Assembly (NCBI GenBank): GCA_034667725.1
Contig: JAXDQS010000012.1
Location: forward strand, 1 to 64,000
Source of the DNA: Thermoplasmata archaeon
Lineage (GTDB): Archaea; Thermoplasmatota; E2; JACPAO01; JAHFTW01
Direction of reading: 5' to 3'
DNA length: 64,000 nucleotides
The notes beneath the pieces were generated by a model. The model was given only the letters and a program-made list of their open reading frames with translations, made no database searches and was not told the DNA's origin. This document shows, piece by piece, positions 1 to 8,895 of this stretch. Within the stretch, counting starts at the first letter, position 1. Each line of letters begins with the position of its first letter. A program made the position numbers and the translations under genes.

Positions 1-46
1 GGGGGCCCCCCCCCCCGCCGCGCGGCCGCAGGCCGCGCTTCAGGTC

Positions 47-65
47 CTAGGAGCGAAGCTCCTAG
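47..65 (-). terminator. Hairpin directly 3' of the tRNA(CAT) gene
   Basis: Perfect inverted repeat CTAGGAGC-GAA-GCTCCTAG abutting the tRNA discriminator base. Confidence 0.45.
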
Positions 66-138
66 TGGGGATGGCCGGAATTGAACCGGCGACCTGGGCA
101 TTATGAGTGCCCCGCCCTAACCCCTAGGCCACATCCCC
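66..138 (-). tRNA. tRNA with CAT anticodon (elongator Met or Ile2)
   Basis: Reverse complement folds as a cloverleaf: acceptor GGGGATG/CATCCCC, anticodon arm GGGCA-CTCATAA-TGCCC, T-loop TTCAATT. No encoded CCA and no initiator features. Confidence 0.92.
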
Positions 139-200
139 GGGTCGTGCAAAGCGCGGGGCTGGCCCGGGGGACCAGGCCGCGGCCCTGCGGGCTTTGCGAG

Positions 201-273
201 TGGAGCGGGGGGGATTCGAACCCCCGGCCTCGTCCATGCCAAGGACGCGATCTTCCAACTGATCTACCGCCCC
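201..273 (-). tRNA. tRNA-Ala(GGC)
   Basis: Acceptor GGGGCGG/CCGCTCC with G3:U70, anticodon arm CGTCC-TTGGCAT-GGACG, T-loop TTCGAAT. Confidence 0.96.
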
Positions 274-362
274 GAAGGGTTGCCAACATCCAAGTCCTGG
301 GATGCCGGCGGGCGGGCCACAGAGGGCGGGTATAAGACCTGAGCGGAACCGCGAACCGCGGT

Positions 363-1016
363 TCACTCTGCGTCGTCGGGCGCGGCGGGCTTCGGCTTGG
401 GTTTGCGGGCGTCGCCGCCCAACAGCAGCGCGCCGATGGCCAGGAGCAGGAACGGGGCGGTGAGCGCGATGGTGCGCGTGGTGGGGTCGTCGAGGTCGCC
501 GAGCGCCTCGTCGAGGCCGGCCGCCGCGAGCATGAGGACGCCGGCGACGATGGTGGCGGCGCCGGCGACGACCATCCAGCGCAGCACGGCGCGGCCGGCG
601 TCGCGGCGCGCGACGGCCGGCAGCTCGCCGCGGGCGAGGATGGCGTCGCGCAGGGCGATGGCCTCCTCGGCGGCGTGGGTGGCGGCCGACAGGAGGAGGG
701 TGACGAGGGCGAGGGCGATGGCGCGGGAGGGTGCCTCGCCGGTGGTCTCGAGGCCGCCGAGCCAGAAGGGGTGGCGGCTGGCGTCGGAGAGCGCCCAGCA
801 GACGCCGCCGAGGGCGAGGGCGGAGGCGGCCCAGCGGGCGGGGGCCCAGCGCCAGGCGAGGACGGCGACAAGGAGGGTGGCGACGAGGACGAGGGTCTGG
901 ACGGTGGCGGTGGTGCCGGCGATGGGGACTTCGGGGGCGTCGGCGAGGCCGGGGCCGTTGCCGAGCAGCAGGCCGGTGGCGATGCCGGCGGCGAGGTAGA
1001 CGGGCAGGCGGATCAT
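363..1016 (-). CDS. Multi-pass membrane protein, last gene of the MoxR operon
   Basis: MIRLPVYLAAGIATGLLLG... with several hydrophobic helices. ATG overlaps the upstream stop (ATGA). Confidence 0.75.
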   Translation of the reverse strand: MIRLPVYLAAGIATGLLLGNGPGLADAPEVPIAGTTATVQTLVLVATLLVAVLAWRWAPARWAASALALGGVCWALSDASRHPFWLGGLETTGEAPSRAIALALVTLLLSAATHAAEEAIALRDAILARGELPAVARRDAGRAVLRWMVVAGAATIVAGVLMLAAAGLDEALGDLDDPTTRTIALTAPFLLLAIGALLLGGDARKPKPKPAAPDDAE

Positions 1017-2302
1017 GCGCGCAGCCCCTCCAGCACGCTTTGGATGGGGAAGCGGCCGGCGTCCCACCGCAGCACGGGGACGCCGAGGCGGCGCCACGAC
1101 TCCAGGGGTGCTTCGCCGAGGAGGCGCAGGGTGGGCGCGATGTGGTCGCCGGCGGGGTCGGGGTAGTAGCCGGCGGGGTCGACGTCGAGGACGGTGAGCG
1201 GGGGCGGGCCGCGGCCGCGGGCGAGGGTGTTGCGGAGGCGGCGCAGGCCGTCGGACACGTCGTCGGGGGCGCCGAGGCTGGTGGTGACGACGAACGCCTG
1301 GGTGTTGGCGGAGCGGAGCTGGCCGCGCACGGCGTCGACGGCCTCGGGCAGGGGGCGGCCCGGCAGCGGCTCGGGCACCAGTTCTTCGAGCGCTTGGCGG
1401 AGGCGGAGGCGCTGGCGGCCGGACTGGTCGGCGTACGGCAGGCCTTCGGCGCGGTGGTGGAACACGGTGAAGCCGACGGGGTGGCCGCGCTCCAGGTGGT
1501 GCTGGGCGAGGGCGGTGGCGGCGGCGACGCGCGCCTCGAAGCCGTTGTGCAGGTTGGTGCCGAGGTCGCCAGCACTCCGGGCGTCGAGGAAGATCCAGGC
1601 TTGCTTGCGGGCCTCGTGCTCGTATTCGTTGACCAGGAGCTGCATGGTGTGGCCGACCTCGCCGCGGCGGGCGGTGGCCTTCCAGTTGATGGCCTTCATC
1701 GGGTCGCCGCGCTGGTATCTCCGGATGTCGCGGAAGTCGGAGGTGGCGGTGCCGGTGCGGACGCGGTCCTCCTCGCCGGTGCGCAGCTTGGCGCGGGTGC
1801 GGACGGCGGCGTTGCCGAGGCGGGCTTGCCGCAGGTCGACGCGCACCTCGACGGGGTCCGCGAGGCGGGTGACGGTGGGCGGGCCCAGCAGGGCGGGGTG
1901 GGTCGCCTCGGCCATGAGGGGGCCGACGAGGTGGGCGCCGCGCCGGTCGCCGGCGGCCTGGAACTGCCAGACCAGGGGCGTGTCGCCGTCGACCCAGGCG
2001 TGGACGGCGTTCTGGCCTTCGAGGAGGCGGAACGACTCGGGCAATGCGACGTGGAGGCCGAGCGGGCCGTGGCCGCGCGCGGTCGCCTCGACGTACACTT
2101 GCATCGGCTCGCCGAGGACGGCGCGGTTGGGAGCGACGACGAGACGGGCGGACTCGACGCGGGGCCGCAGCACGAACGAGGCGGCCAGCAGCATGAGGGG
2201 GAACGCGGCGGCGGCCAGGACGAGGCCGTTGGCGGAGGCGACACCGAACGCGGCGAGGGCGCCCGTCATGAGCACCAGGCCGGCGCGCACGTTCCGGGCC
2301 AT
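1013..2302 (-). CDS. DUF58 domain protein
   Basis: N-terminal TM pair, then DFRDIRRYQRGDPMKAINWKATAR and VNEYEHE..IFLD motifs. Follows the MoxR gene. Confidence 0.92.
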   Translation of the reverse strand: MARNVRAGLVLMTGALAAFGVASANGLVLAAAAFPLMLLAASFVLRPRVESARLVVAPNRAVLGEPMQVYVEATARGHGPLGLHVALPESFRLLEGQNAVHAWVDGDTPLVWQFQAAGDRRGAHLVGPLMAEATHPALLGPPTVTRLADPVEVRVDLRQARLGNAAVRTRAKLRTGEEDRVRTGTATSDFRDIRRYQRGDPMKAINWKATARRGEVGHTMQLLVNEYEHEARKQAWIFLDARSAGDLGTNLHNGFEARVAAATALAQHHLERGHPVGFTVFHHRAEGLPYADQSGRQRLRLRQALEELVPEPLPGRPLPEAVDAVRGQLRSANTQAFVVTTSLGAPDDVSDGLRRLRNTLARGRGPPPLTVLDVDPAGYYPDPAGDHIAPTLRLLGEAPLESWRRLGVPVLRWDAGRFPIQSVLEGLRA

Positions 2303-2304
2303 GC

Positions 2305-3357
2305 CTAGAGGCTCGCGGGCGGGGCGGCCTCGATGGCCTCGCGCACGATGTCGGCGGCCTGGACGCCCTCGATGGCCTGGTCGACCTTGACGAGGGTGCG
2401 GTGGGCCAGCACGTCGGCGGCGAGGTCCACGATGTCGTCGGGCGTGACGTAGTTGCGGCCGCGCACGAAGGCGAGGGCGCGGCTGGCGCGCACCAGGGCG
2501 AGGCTGCCGCGGGGGCTCGGGCCGACGTCCACCTTGGGGTGCTCGCGCAGGCGGCGGACCAGGGAGGCGATGTACTGTAGCAGCACGTCGTGGATGTGGA
2601 CCTCCTTCTCGACGCTCGCTTGCCAGGCGGCGAACTGCTGCTTGGTGGCGACGGGCTGGATGAGGCGGGTCGGGTCGTCGCCTTGGTTGCGGACGCGGCG
2701 GCGCAGAATCTCGTGCTCGGCGGCGAGGTCCACGGGGTAGCCGGTGCTGAGGCGCATGAGGAAGCGGTCCATCTGGGCCTCCGGCAGCGGGTAGGTGCCT
2801 TCCTGCTCGATCGGGTTCTGGGTGGCAAGGACCAGGAACGGCTTGGGCAGCGGCAGCGTGTTGCCCTCGATGGTCACTTGGCGCTCCTCCATCGCCTCCA
2901 GCAAGGCGCTCTGGGTCTTGGGCGGGGCGCGGTTGATCTCGTCGGCCAGGATCAGGTTGGTGAACAGCGGGCCTTGGTGCAGTTCGAACGTCCGGGTCGC
3001 CGGGTTCCAGATCTTGGTGCCCAGGATGTCGGCGGGCAGCACGTCGGGCGTGAACTGGAGGCGGCGGTGGTCGAGCCCGAGCGCCTTGGCGAACGACTTG
3101 ACGAGGACGGTCTTGCCGAGGCCGGGGTAGTCCTCGAACAGGATGTGGCCGCTCGCGATCGTGCCGGCCAGCACCTTCTCCAGCAGGTCGGGGCGGCCGA
3201 CGAACGCGGTGCCGACCGCTTGCAGCACGGCTTGGCAGCCGGCGCCTGGCTTCGGCCCGGCAGTCGCAGGCGGGGCGGGCACGGCAGGCGCAGGCGGGCG
3301 CAGCGTGGCGATGGGGCGGGCGACGGGCTTGGCGGGGATGGCGGGTTGGGTGGTCAC
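2305..3357 (-). CDS. moxR: MoxR family AAA+ ATPase
   Basis: EDYPGLGKT Walker A, RLQFTPDVLPADI, LADEINRAPPKTQSALLEAM, ATQNPIEQEGTYPLPEAQMDRF. GTG overlaps the upstream TGA. Confidence 0.96.
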   Translation of the reverse strand: MTTQPAIPAKPVARPIATLRPPAPAVPAPPATAGPKPGAGCQAVLQAVGTAFVGRPDLLEKVLAGTIASGHILFEDYPGLGKTVLVKSFAKALGLDHRRLQFTPDVLPADILGTKIWNPATRTFELHQGPLFTNLILADEINRAPPKTQSALLEAMEERQVTIEGNTLPLPKPFLVLATQNPIEQEGTYPLPEAQMDRFLMRLSTGYPVDLAAEHEILRRRVRNQGDDPTRLIQPVATKQQFAAWQASVEKEVHIHDVLLQYIASLVRRLREHPKVDVGPSPRGSLALVRASRALAFVRGRNYVTPDDIVDLAADVLAHRTLVKVDQAIEGVQAADIVREAIEAAPPASL

Positions 3358-4736
3358 AGGGCCGTCTCCAGGCGGGACAGGATGCGGGCGTGGTGGGTGC
3401 GGCGCCGGGTGGCGTCCGCCTTGGCCAGGCGTTGCAGCAGGGCAAGGTGCGGGCGGTTGCCCGGGCCGGCCAGGGCGGCGGCGCCGATGCGCAGCAGGCC
3501 GGCGGCCGCGAGGGCAAGCGGCACGAAGAGGGGAATCTCCAGCGCCGGCTCGTCGAGGGTGCGGCGGAGGGTGTCGGTGCTCATCGGCGCCGCGGCGCCC
3601 GCGAACGCCAAGAGCATCCCGAAGCCGAGGGCGACGACCCAGCGGCGCTGCAACTGCTCGGCGCGCTCCAGCTGCGCCGCCGCCGGCCACGGCGTGGCGC
3701 GCGCGAGCGCGGCGCGCACGGCCGTGGCGGCGAACGGCAGCGCGGCCACGGCCGGGAGGGCGAGGCCCCAGGGCCCGAGCGGCAGGGCCAGCGGCAGCGT
3801 GGCGCCGGCGACCCCGAGGGTCGCGACCGCCCACGGCAGCGGGCCCATCGGGTGGCCGGGGCCGAGGAGGCTGCGGGTGGCGGCGGGGAACGCGACGCCG
3901 AGGACGAGGGCGGCCGTGGCCACGCTGAACGCCGGGTCGCCGAGGGCCGCGCCGGCGGCGGCCAGGGCGGCCCAGCCGACGGCACGGAGCGCGGCTGCTG
4001 CGTGGAGGCGCGCCAGGGGCATGCTGGCCTGCTGGGCAGGCAGCTCCAGCGGGTCGCCGACCTTGGCCGCGTTGCGGACGGCCAGCACCCGGAGCACGTC
4101 GGCGTACTGCGAGGCCGCCTGGCCGGTGGCGAGGTGCCGTTGCAGGATGCGGGCGGCCTCCTTGGCGCCAGGCTCGGCCACCGGCGCGACGGTCTGGGCG
4201 TGGGTGCGCACCAGGCCGGACTCGATGGGGCGGCCGTGGAGCAGCTCCTCGCGCGCCCAGAACCAGGCGAGCGACAGGGCCGCGAACGCCAAGGCCAGGA
4301 GGTCGAGCTGGAGCGTCGGCGGCACTTCGGGGACTTGCGGGTGGAGGCCCACGAACAGCAGGCAGGCGAGCACCATGGCGTTGGCGCGCCAGCGCAGCGC
4401 AAGCCGGCCGAACGGGCCGGACCAGCCGCGGAAGCCGGCGATGGCGCCGAGGAGGCCGGCGGCGGCGAGGCCGGCGAGGTAGAGCAGCAGGACGAAGTGC
4501 AATCCCTCGGCGCCGGTGGCGATCAGCATGGCCACGCCGCCGACGGCGAACACGGCGGCGACCAGCGGCACCCAGCGCACGGTGAGGCGGCCCCAGGCGC
4601 CGCCGTCGGTGAACTGGCCGTGGGCGAGCACCGCGCCGAGCAGCCCGAGCCCGAGGGCGAGCCCGCCCAGCCAGAGGAGCCCTTCGCCGGGGCCGCCCGT
4701 CAGCACCACGATGCCGCCGGCGAGGCTGGCGCCCAT
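3354..4736 (-). CDS. Multi-pass membrane protein
   Basis: C-terminal part of ORF 3354..8243 has many TM helices and a duplicated layout. Start may lie further upstream (in-frame CTG at 4775 overlaps the upstream stop). Confidence 0.75.
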   Translation of the reverse strand: MGASLAGGIVVLTGGPGEGLLWLGGLALGLGLLGAVLAHGQFTDGGAWGRLTVRWVPLVAAVFAVGGVAMLIATGAEGLHFVLLLYLAGLAAAGLLGAIAGFRGWSGPFGRLALRWRANAMVLACLLFVGLHPQVPEVPPTLQLDLLALAFAALSLAWFWAREELLHGRPIESGLVRTHAQTVAPVAEPGAKEAARILQRHLATGQAASQYADVLRVLAVRNAAKVGDPLELPAQQASMPLARLHAAAALRAVGWAALAAAGAALGDPAFSVATAALVLGVAFPAATRSLLGPGHPMGPLPWAVATLGVAGATLPLALPLGPWGLALPAVAALPFAATAVRAALARATPWPAAAQLERAEQLQRRWVVALGFGMLLAFAGAAAPMSTDTLRRTLDEPALEIPLFVPLALAAAGLLRIGAAALAGPGNRPHLALLQRLAKADATRRRTHHARILSRLETAL

Positions 4737-4771
4737 CGCGAGCGCCTGGGCGGTGCGGGCGAGCTGCAGCC

Positions 4772-7700
4772 TCAGGCCTGCGCCTCCTTGGCGGCGCCGA
4801 GGGCAGCGTAGCAGGCGTGGAACGCCGGCCGGTCGCAGGGGGCGCCGGAGAACAAGGTCCGCTCGAAGGCGGACTGGACCTGGTCGGCCTGGCGGGCGGG
4901 GACCCCGCTGCGCGCAAGCAGGCGGCGGAACTCGCGCACCGGCACCGGGCCGTCGCGCGGGCGGCCGCGCAACTGCGACGCGACGCCGCGCATGGTGGCG
5001 TCGAGGTGGCTGTGCAGCGGCGCGACCTCCAGCTCGGCCTCGGCGACGTTGCGGCCGTCGGCGTCGAGGAAGCGCACCGTGCTGCGGCCGGCGGGCAGCC
5101 CGGCCAGCGGGACGTGCAGCTCGGCGCCGTGCGCCTCGAACGGCGCCTCGACGCCGCCGGCCTCGACGCGGGCGATGGCGCCGGGGCTCTGGAAGCGGAG
5201 GGTGCCGTCGAGGTTTGGGTCGAACACCCACGGCACGTGCCGGGGGAGGGCGGGGTGGAGGAGGCGGACGGCTTGCGGGCCGGCGTCTTCCAGCTCGATG
5301 ACGGGGCGGCGCTGGAGCCGGTTGCGAATCACCAGGGCGAGCACCACGCCGGCCGCGACCGCCAGCAGCAGCCCGGTGGTCCAAGGGTTGACCAGGAGGA
5401 CGGTGCGGGTCTCCGAAACGGGCGCCAGGTTCCCCTCGACGGGGCTTGCGACCGCCTCGATGGTGACGACCGAGACGAACCAGTTGGACAGGCTGGCGCG
5501 GTGGGTGCCGTTGACGCCGCGCAGCGGCTTGCCGTCGATGGTGACGCGGACCCGCGAGTCGGGGCCGCCGGTCGCCTCGATGGCAAGCGTGTCGTCGAAG
5601 CCGACGAACGCCAGGCCGGGCGCGTCGAGCGCCACGGCCGGCGCGTCCCGCAGCGGGACCTGCGCCTCGGCGCGCCACAGCCGCGGCTCGCTCTCGACCA
5701 GCAGGGTGGCGCTGGTGCCGTTGGACCGCAGCGCGGGGATGGTGAGGGCGAAGCGGCCGTCCGGGTCGGCCTCGGCCTCGATCATGCCGGCGCCCAGGCC
5801 GGCGGCGACGGGGCCCGCCGCGGGCTTGCCTTCGAACAGCAGCGTGCCCGCGAGCGTCAGGTCCTGGCCGCGGATGGCAAGCGGCGGCGCGTCCCACACG
5901 ACGCGGTGGCTGCCCGCGGTGGTGTTGGCGGCAAGCGGGGCCGCGGGCTGCCAGTCGCCGAGCACCGTGAGGGCGAAGGTGTGGTCGCCCGGCGCCAAGG
6001 CGGGCCCTTCGACGGGCTCGCCGGTCCACGGCACGACGTTCCAGAGCGCGCCGTCCACGACGACGCGCACGGTCGCCGTGGGCAGCGCCGTGTCCACCAT
6101 GATGTCGAGCGGCACGGGGACGCCGGCCTCGACCTGGGGCGGGACCCGCAACCACGCCGCGACGGTGGCGCGCTCGGTCCATTCCAGCGTGGTGCGCGAG
6201 CCGTCGGCCGCCGTCACGTTGGCGACGGCCGGCCCGGGCGGGGCCTTGGGCGTGAACGCGAACGACCCGTTCGCCAGCGGCACGACGACCGGCTTGCCCT
6301 TGCCGACCGCGATGGCGACCGAGCCGTTGCCGGTGTAGCTGCCCGTGATGGCGGTGCCGGCGGCACCCGTGCGGACCTGGGCCTGAAGCGTCGCGGGCTG
6401 GCATTCGAGCGTGGTGCTGCCGGCGGCGCCTGCGCCCTCGGCCTCGATGACGGTCGTGCCGGGCTCGGGGCAGGACGTGGTGAGCGTGGCGGTGCCGTCG
6501 GGGCCGGTGCGCACCAGGTCGGCGAACGCGCCGCCCACCCAGACCGCGACGTCCTGGCCGGCGATCGGTTCGTCGCGCAGGTCGCGCAGGGTCACGCGCA
6601 CCTGCGTCGGGTTGCCGGCCAGCGCGCGGGGCGCAGTGTCGACGAACAGCGCGGCCGGGGTCGAGACCAGGACGGGCGCCTCGACCGTCGAGGTGCCGGT
6701 GGCCGGCTCGCCGGCGCGGGCCCGCAGCGTGGCGGCGCCGAGGGCGAGGTCCGCGGGCGCCTGGCACATGGCGTAGAACTGGCCCGACTTGCCGCTGGTG
6801 GCCTCGCACACGGCGCGGGCCGGGCCTTGCTGCTCCAGGTACACCTGGACGTTGGTGTGGGGCGCGGTCGTGCCGGCGACGGTGAACGGCGCGCCGGGCT
6901 CCAGCGCCTGGGGCGCGTCGTGCAGCACCAGGCCGGGCCCCTCGGGGACCGCGGGCGGCGGCGCGCCGCAGCCGCGGAGGTCCATGCGGCGCCAGCCGAC
7001 GCCGGCCAACTCGGCCTCGGCCGACACGCCGGCTTGCAGGCGCACGACGCGCGCCGGCGTGCCGAGCGCCTCGGCGGCGGCCACGAACAGCACGGCGCGG
7101 GTGGCGGCGCAGCCCTCGTGGGCGCGGGCGGCGGCCAGGAGCGCGTCGAGGGTCGCGGGCGGGTCGGTGGCGGCGGTCGGGCCGAAGCCGCGCAGCATCG
7201 CCTGGAGGCCGTTGAGCTGGGTGGCGACGGGGTCGGCGCCGTCGAGGCCGGCAAGCGCCGCGATGGCGAGGCCGGCTTCGCGCAGGGCAGGGTCCTGGAG
7301 GGGCGGCGACGGGTGGCGGGGCGTGCCGGCCGGGACCACCGCGATGCCGTAGTCCAGGTCGGTGCGCAGCCCAAGCTCGACGACCACCAGGCTGCCCTGC
7401 CCGTAAGCCTCGACGCTGCCGTCCTCCATCTGCCGGAAGTCGAGGCGGGCGTAGCCCCAGGAGTCGCGCGCCGACACGCTGACGAGCACGTCCATCGGGC
7501 CCAGCGTGGGCACGACGGCGCGGCCGTCGGAGAGCAGCAGCACCTCCTCGCGCACGGCGTGCGGCGCCATCTCCCCCATCACCCAGGTGGTGCCTTGGAC
7601 GGGGCCGGTGAAGGTCAGGTTCGCGCCGGCCACGCCGACGCGCACGGTGGCGAGGCGACCGCCGCACACGGCGTCCCCCGCCGGCGGGCACGGGTTCTGG

Positions 7701-8371
7701 GGCAGGTCGCCGAGGGCGCCGGCGCCCACCTCCTGCGGCCACGGGGCCATGGCGCCGAGGCCGATGCCGGCCAGCGCGACCGCCTGCGCGAACGCGGGGT
7801 CGGCGGTGCCGTCCCGGAGCGCCGCCAGCGACTCCTGCAAGTCTTGCAGGTCCACGCCGGCGAGGGCGTCGGCGTCCTGAAGAAGCTCGGTCATTGCGCG
7901 GGAGTCGAGGCCGGCCACGGTCTCCAAGAGCGCCTGCTGCTGCTCGGGGTCGAGCGCGGCCATCGCCTCCTGGAGCGCCGCGATCGCCGCGTCGCTGAGG
8001 CCGGCGTCCTCCAGGGCCTCCTGGTCGCCGGCGGCGGCCTGCTCCAGCAGCGACGCCAGATCCTCGACCTGCTCGGGGTCGAGCTGCTGGGCGGCCTCGG
8101 CCAGCTCCTCCAGGTCCTCGGGGTCCATTTCGCCCAGCTGCTCCTCCAGGTCCTCCAAGGGCCCGGACGGAATCTCGTCGAGCGCGCCGCCCAGGTCTTG
8201 CAAGTCCTCCGGCCGGTAGTCGCTCTCGGCCGGGTCGAACCACGCGTCCTCCTCGTAGGCCTCGGACAAGGCGTCCTGCGGCGGGGGGCGCAGCGCAGGC
8301 AGCACGGCCGCAAGGGCGAGGATGGCCACGGCCACGAGGACGAGGCCCACGGCCGCGCGGACGCCGGACAT
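4772..8371 (-). CDS. Large membrane-anchored protein with a transglutaminase-like domain and Ig-like repeats
   Basis: Signal/TM, acidic helical region, GCAATRAVLFVAAAEALGTPARVV...GVGWRRMD TGase-like segment, beta-rich repeats, C-terminal TM and cytoplasmic tail. Confidence 0.82.
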   Translation of the reverse strand: MSGVRAAVGLVLVAVAILALAAVLPALRPPPQDALSEAYEEDAWFDPAESDYRPEDLQDLGGALDEIPSGPLEDLEEQLGEMDPEDLEELAEAAQQLDPEQVEDLASLLEQAAAGDQEALEDAGLSDAAIAALQEAMAALDPEQQQALLETVAGLDSRAMTELLQDADALAGVDLQDLQESLAALRDGTADPAFAQAVALAGIGLGAMAPWPQEVGAGALGDLPQNPCPPAGDAVCGGRLATVRVGVAGANLTFTGPVQGTTWVMGEMAPHAVREEVLLLSDGRAVVPTLGPMDVLVSVSARDSWGYARLDFRQMEDGSVEAYGQGSLVVVELGLRTDLDYGIAVVPAGTPRHPSPPLQDPALREAGLAIAALAGLDGADPVATQLNGLQAMLRGFGPTAATDPPATLDALLAAARAHEGCAATRAVLFVAAAEALGTPARVVRLQAGVSAEAELAGVGWRRMDLRGCGAPPPAVPEGPGLVLHDAPQALEPGAPFTVAGTTAPHTNVQVYLEQQGPARAVCEATSGKSGQFYAMCQAPADLALGAATLRARAGEPATGTSTVEAPVLVSTPAALFVDTAPRALAGNPTQVRVTLRDLRDEPIAGQDVAVWVGGAFADLVRTGPDGTATLTTSCPEPGTTVIEAEGAGAAGSTTLECQPATLQAQVRTGAAGTAITGSYTGNGSVAIAVGKGKPVVVPLANGSFAFTPKAPPGPAVANVTAADGSRTTLEWTERATVAAWLRVPPQVEAGVPVPLDIMVDTALPTATVRVVVDGALWNVVPWTGEPVEGPALAPGDHTFALTVLGDWQPAAPLAANTTAGSHRVVWDAPPLAIRGQDLTLAGTLLFEGKPAAGPVAAGLGAGMIEAEADPDGRFALTIPALRSNGTSATLLVESEPRLWRAEAQVPLRDAPAVALDAPGLAFVGFDDTLAIEATGGPDSRVRVTIDGKPLRGVNGTHRASLSNWFVSVVTIEAVASPVEGNLAPVSETRTVLLVNPWTTGLLLAVAAGVVLALVIRNRLQRRPVIELEDAGPQAVRLLHPALPRHVPWVFDPNLDGTLRFQSPGAIARVEAGGVEAPFEAHGAELHVPLAGLPAGRSTVRFLDADGRNVAEAELEVAPLHSHLDATMRGVASQLRGRPRDGPVPVREFRRLLARSGVPARQADQVQSAFERTLFSGAPCDRPAFHACYAALGAAKEAQA

Positions 8372-8395
8372 CGGGCCCCAGGTTCTCCCCTGTTC

Positions 8396-8407
8396 ACTTA
8401 AGAGTTG
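8396..8407 (-). promoter_or_regulatory. TATA-like promoter of the MoxR operon
   Basis: Minus-strand AACTCTTAAGT about 26 nt upstream of ATG 8371, consistent with a leaderless archaeal transcript. Confidence 0.5.
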
Positions 8408-8433
8408 CCAGGACGGCCGCTTTCGACCGAACC

Positions 8434-8895
8434 CTAAGAACGGCGGCGCAGCCCGCGGCGGCGCGGCGCCTCAGGCTCGGCGGCCGCCGGCGGCGCCTGC
8501 GCGACCGTCCACTTGGTGCCATAATAAATCACGCCTTGGTCGCCGTCGGCCCCAAGCCGCCGGAACACGGCCTGCACGTGGGCCCCTTCGCGGACGGCGG
8601 CGGCCTCCGAGTCCACGATCTGTCCCGTCACGAGCGGCCCCTCCTCGGTGCGCACCAAGGCGACGACGTATGGCACTTGCAGCTCGTAGCCGGGCGCCGC
8701 CTTGTGGACGCGGGTCCACTCCACGATGGTGCCGCGGCCGGCGAGCTTGACGCGCTCCAGCTTGCCGATCGACTGGCGGCGGCAGGTGGGGCACACCTCG
8801 CGGGGCGGGTAGTAGGTGGCGGCGCACACCGTGCAGCGGGTCGCCGTGAGGGCGTAGCGCTGGGGGATTTCCCGCCAAAACCGGGGGACGCTCAT
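8434..8895 (-). CDS. DUF35 Zn-ribbon/OB-fold protein (thiolase-HMGCS scaffold)
   Basis: MSVPRFWREIPQRY, CTVC..CPTC, VFRRLG...GVIYYGTK, in the conserved cluster position. Confidence 0.95.
   Translation of the reverse strand: MSVPRFWREIPQRYALTATRCTVCAATYYPPREVCPTCRRQSIGKLERVKLAGRGTIVEWTRVHKAAPGYELQVPYVVALVRTEEGPLVTGQIVDSEAAAVREGAHVQAVFRRLGADGDQGVIYYGTKWTVAQAPPAAAEPEAPRRRGLRRRS

Noticed and set aside
1-20. G5-C11 run at the window start
   Set aside because: Too short and at the edge, possibly a homopolymer artefact.
4817-8401. 1194-aa plus-strand ORF and the many similar long R/G/P/A-rich ORFs
   Set aside because: Antisense or shadow frames of real genes in very high-GC DNA, with no recognisable motifs.
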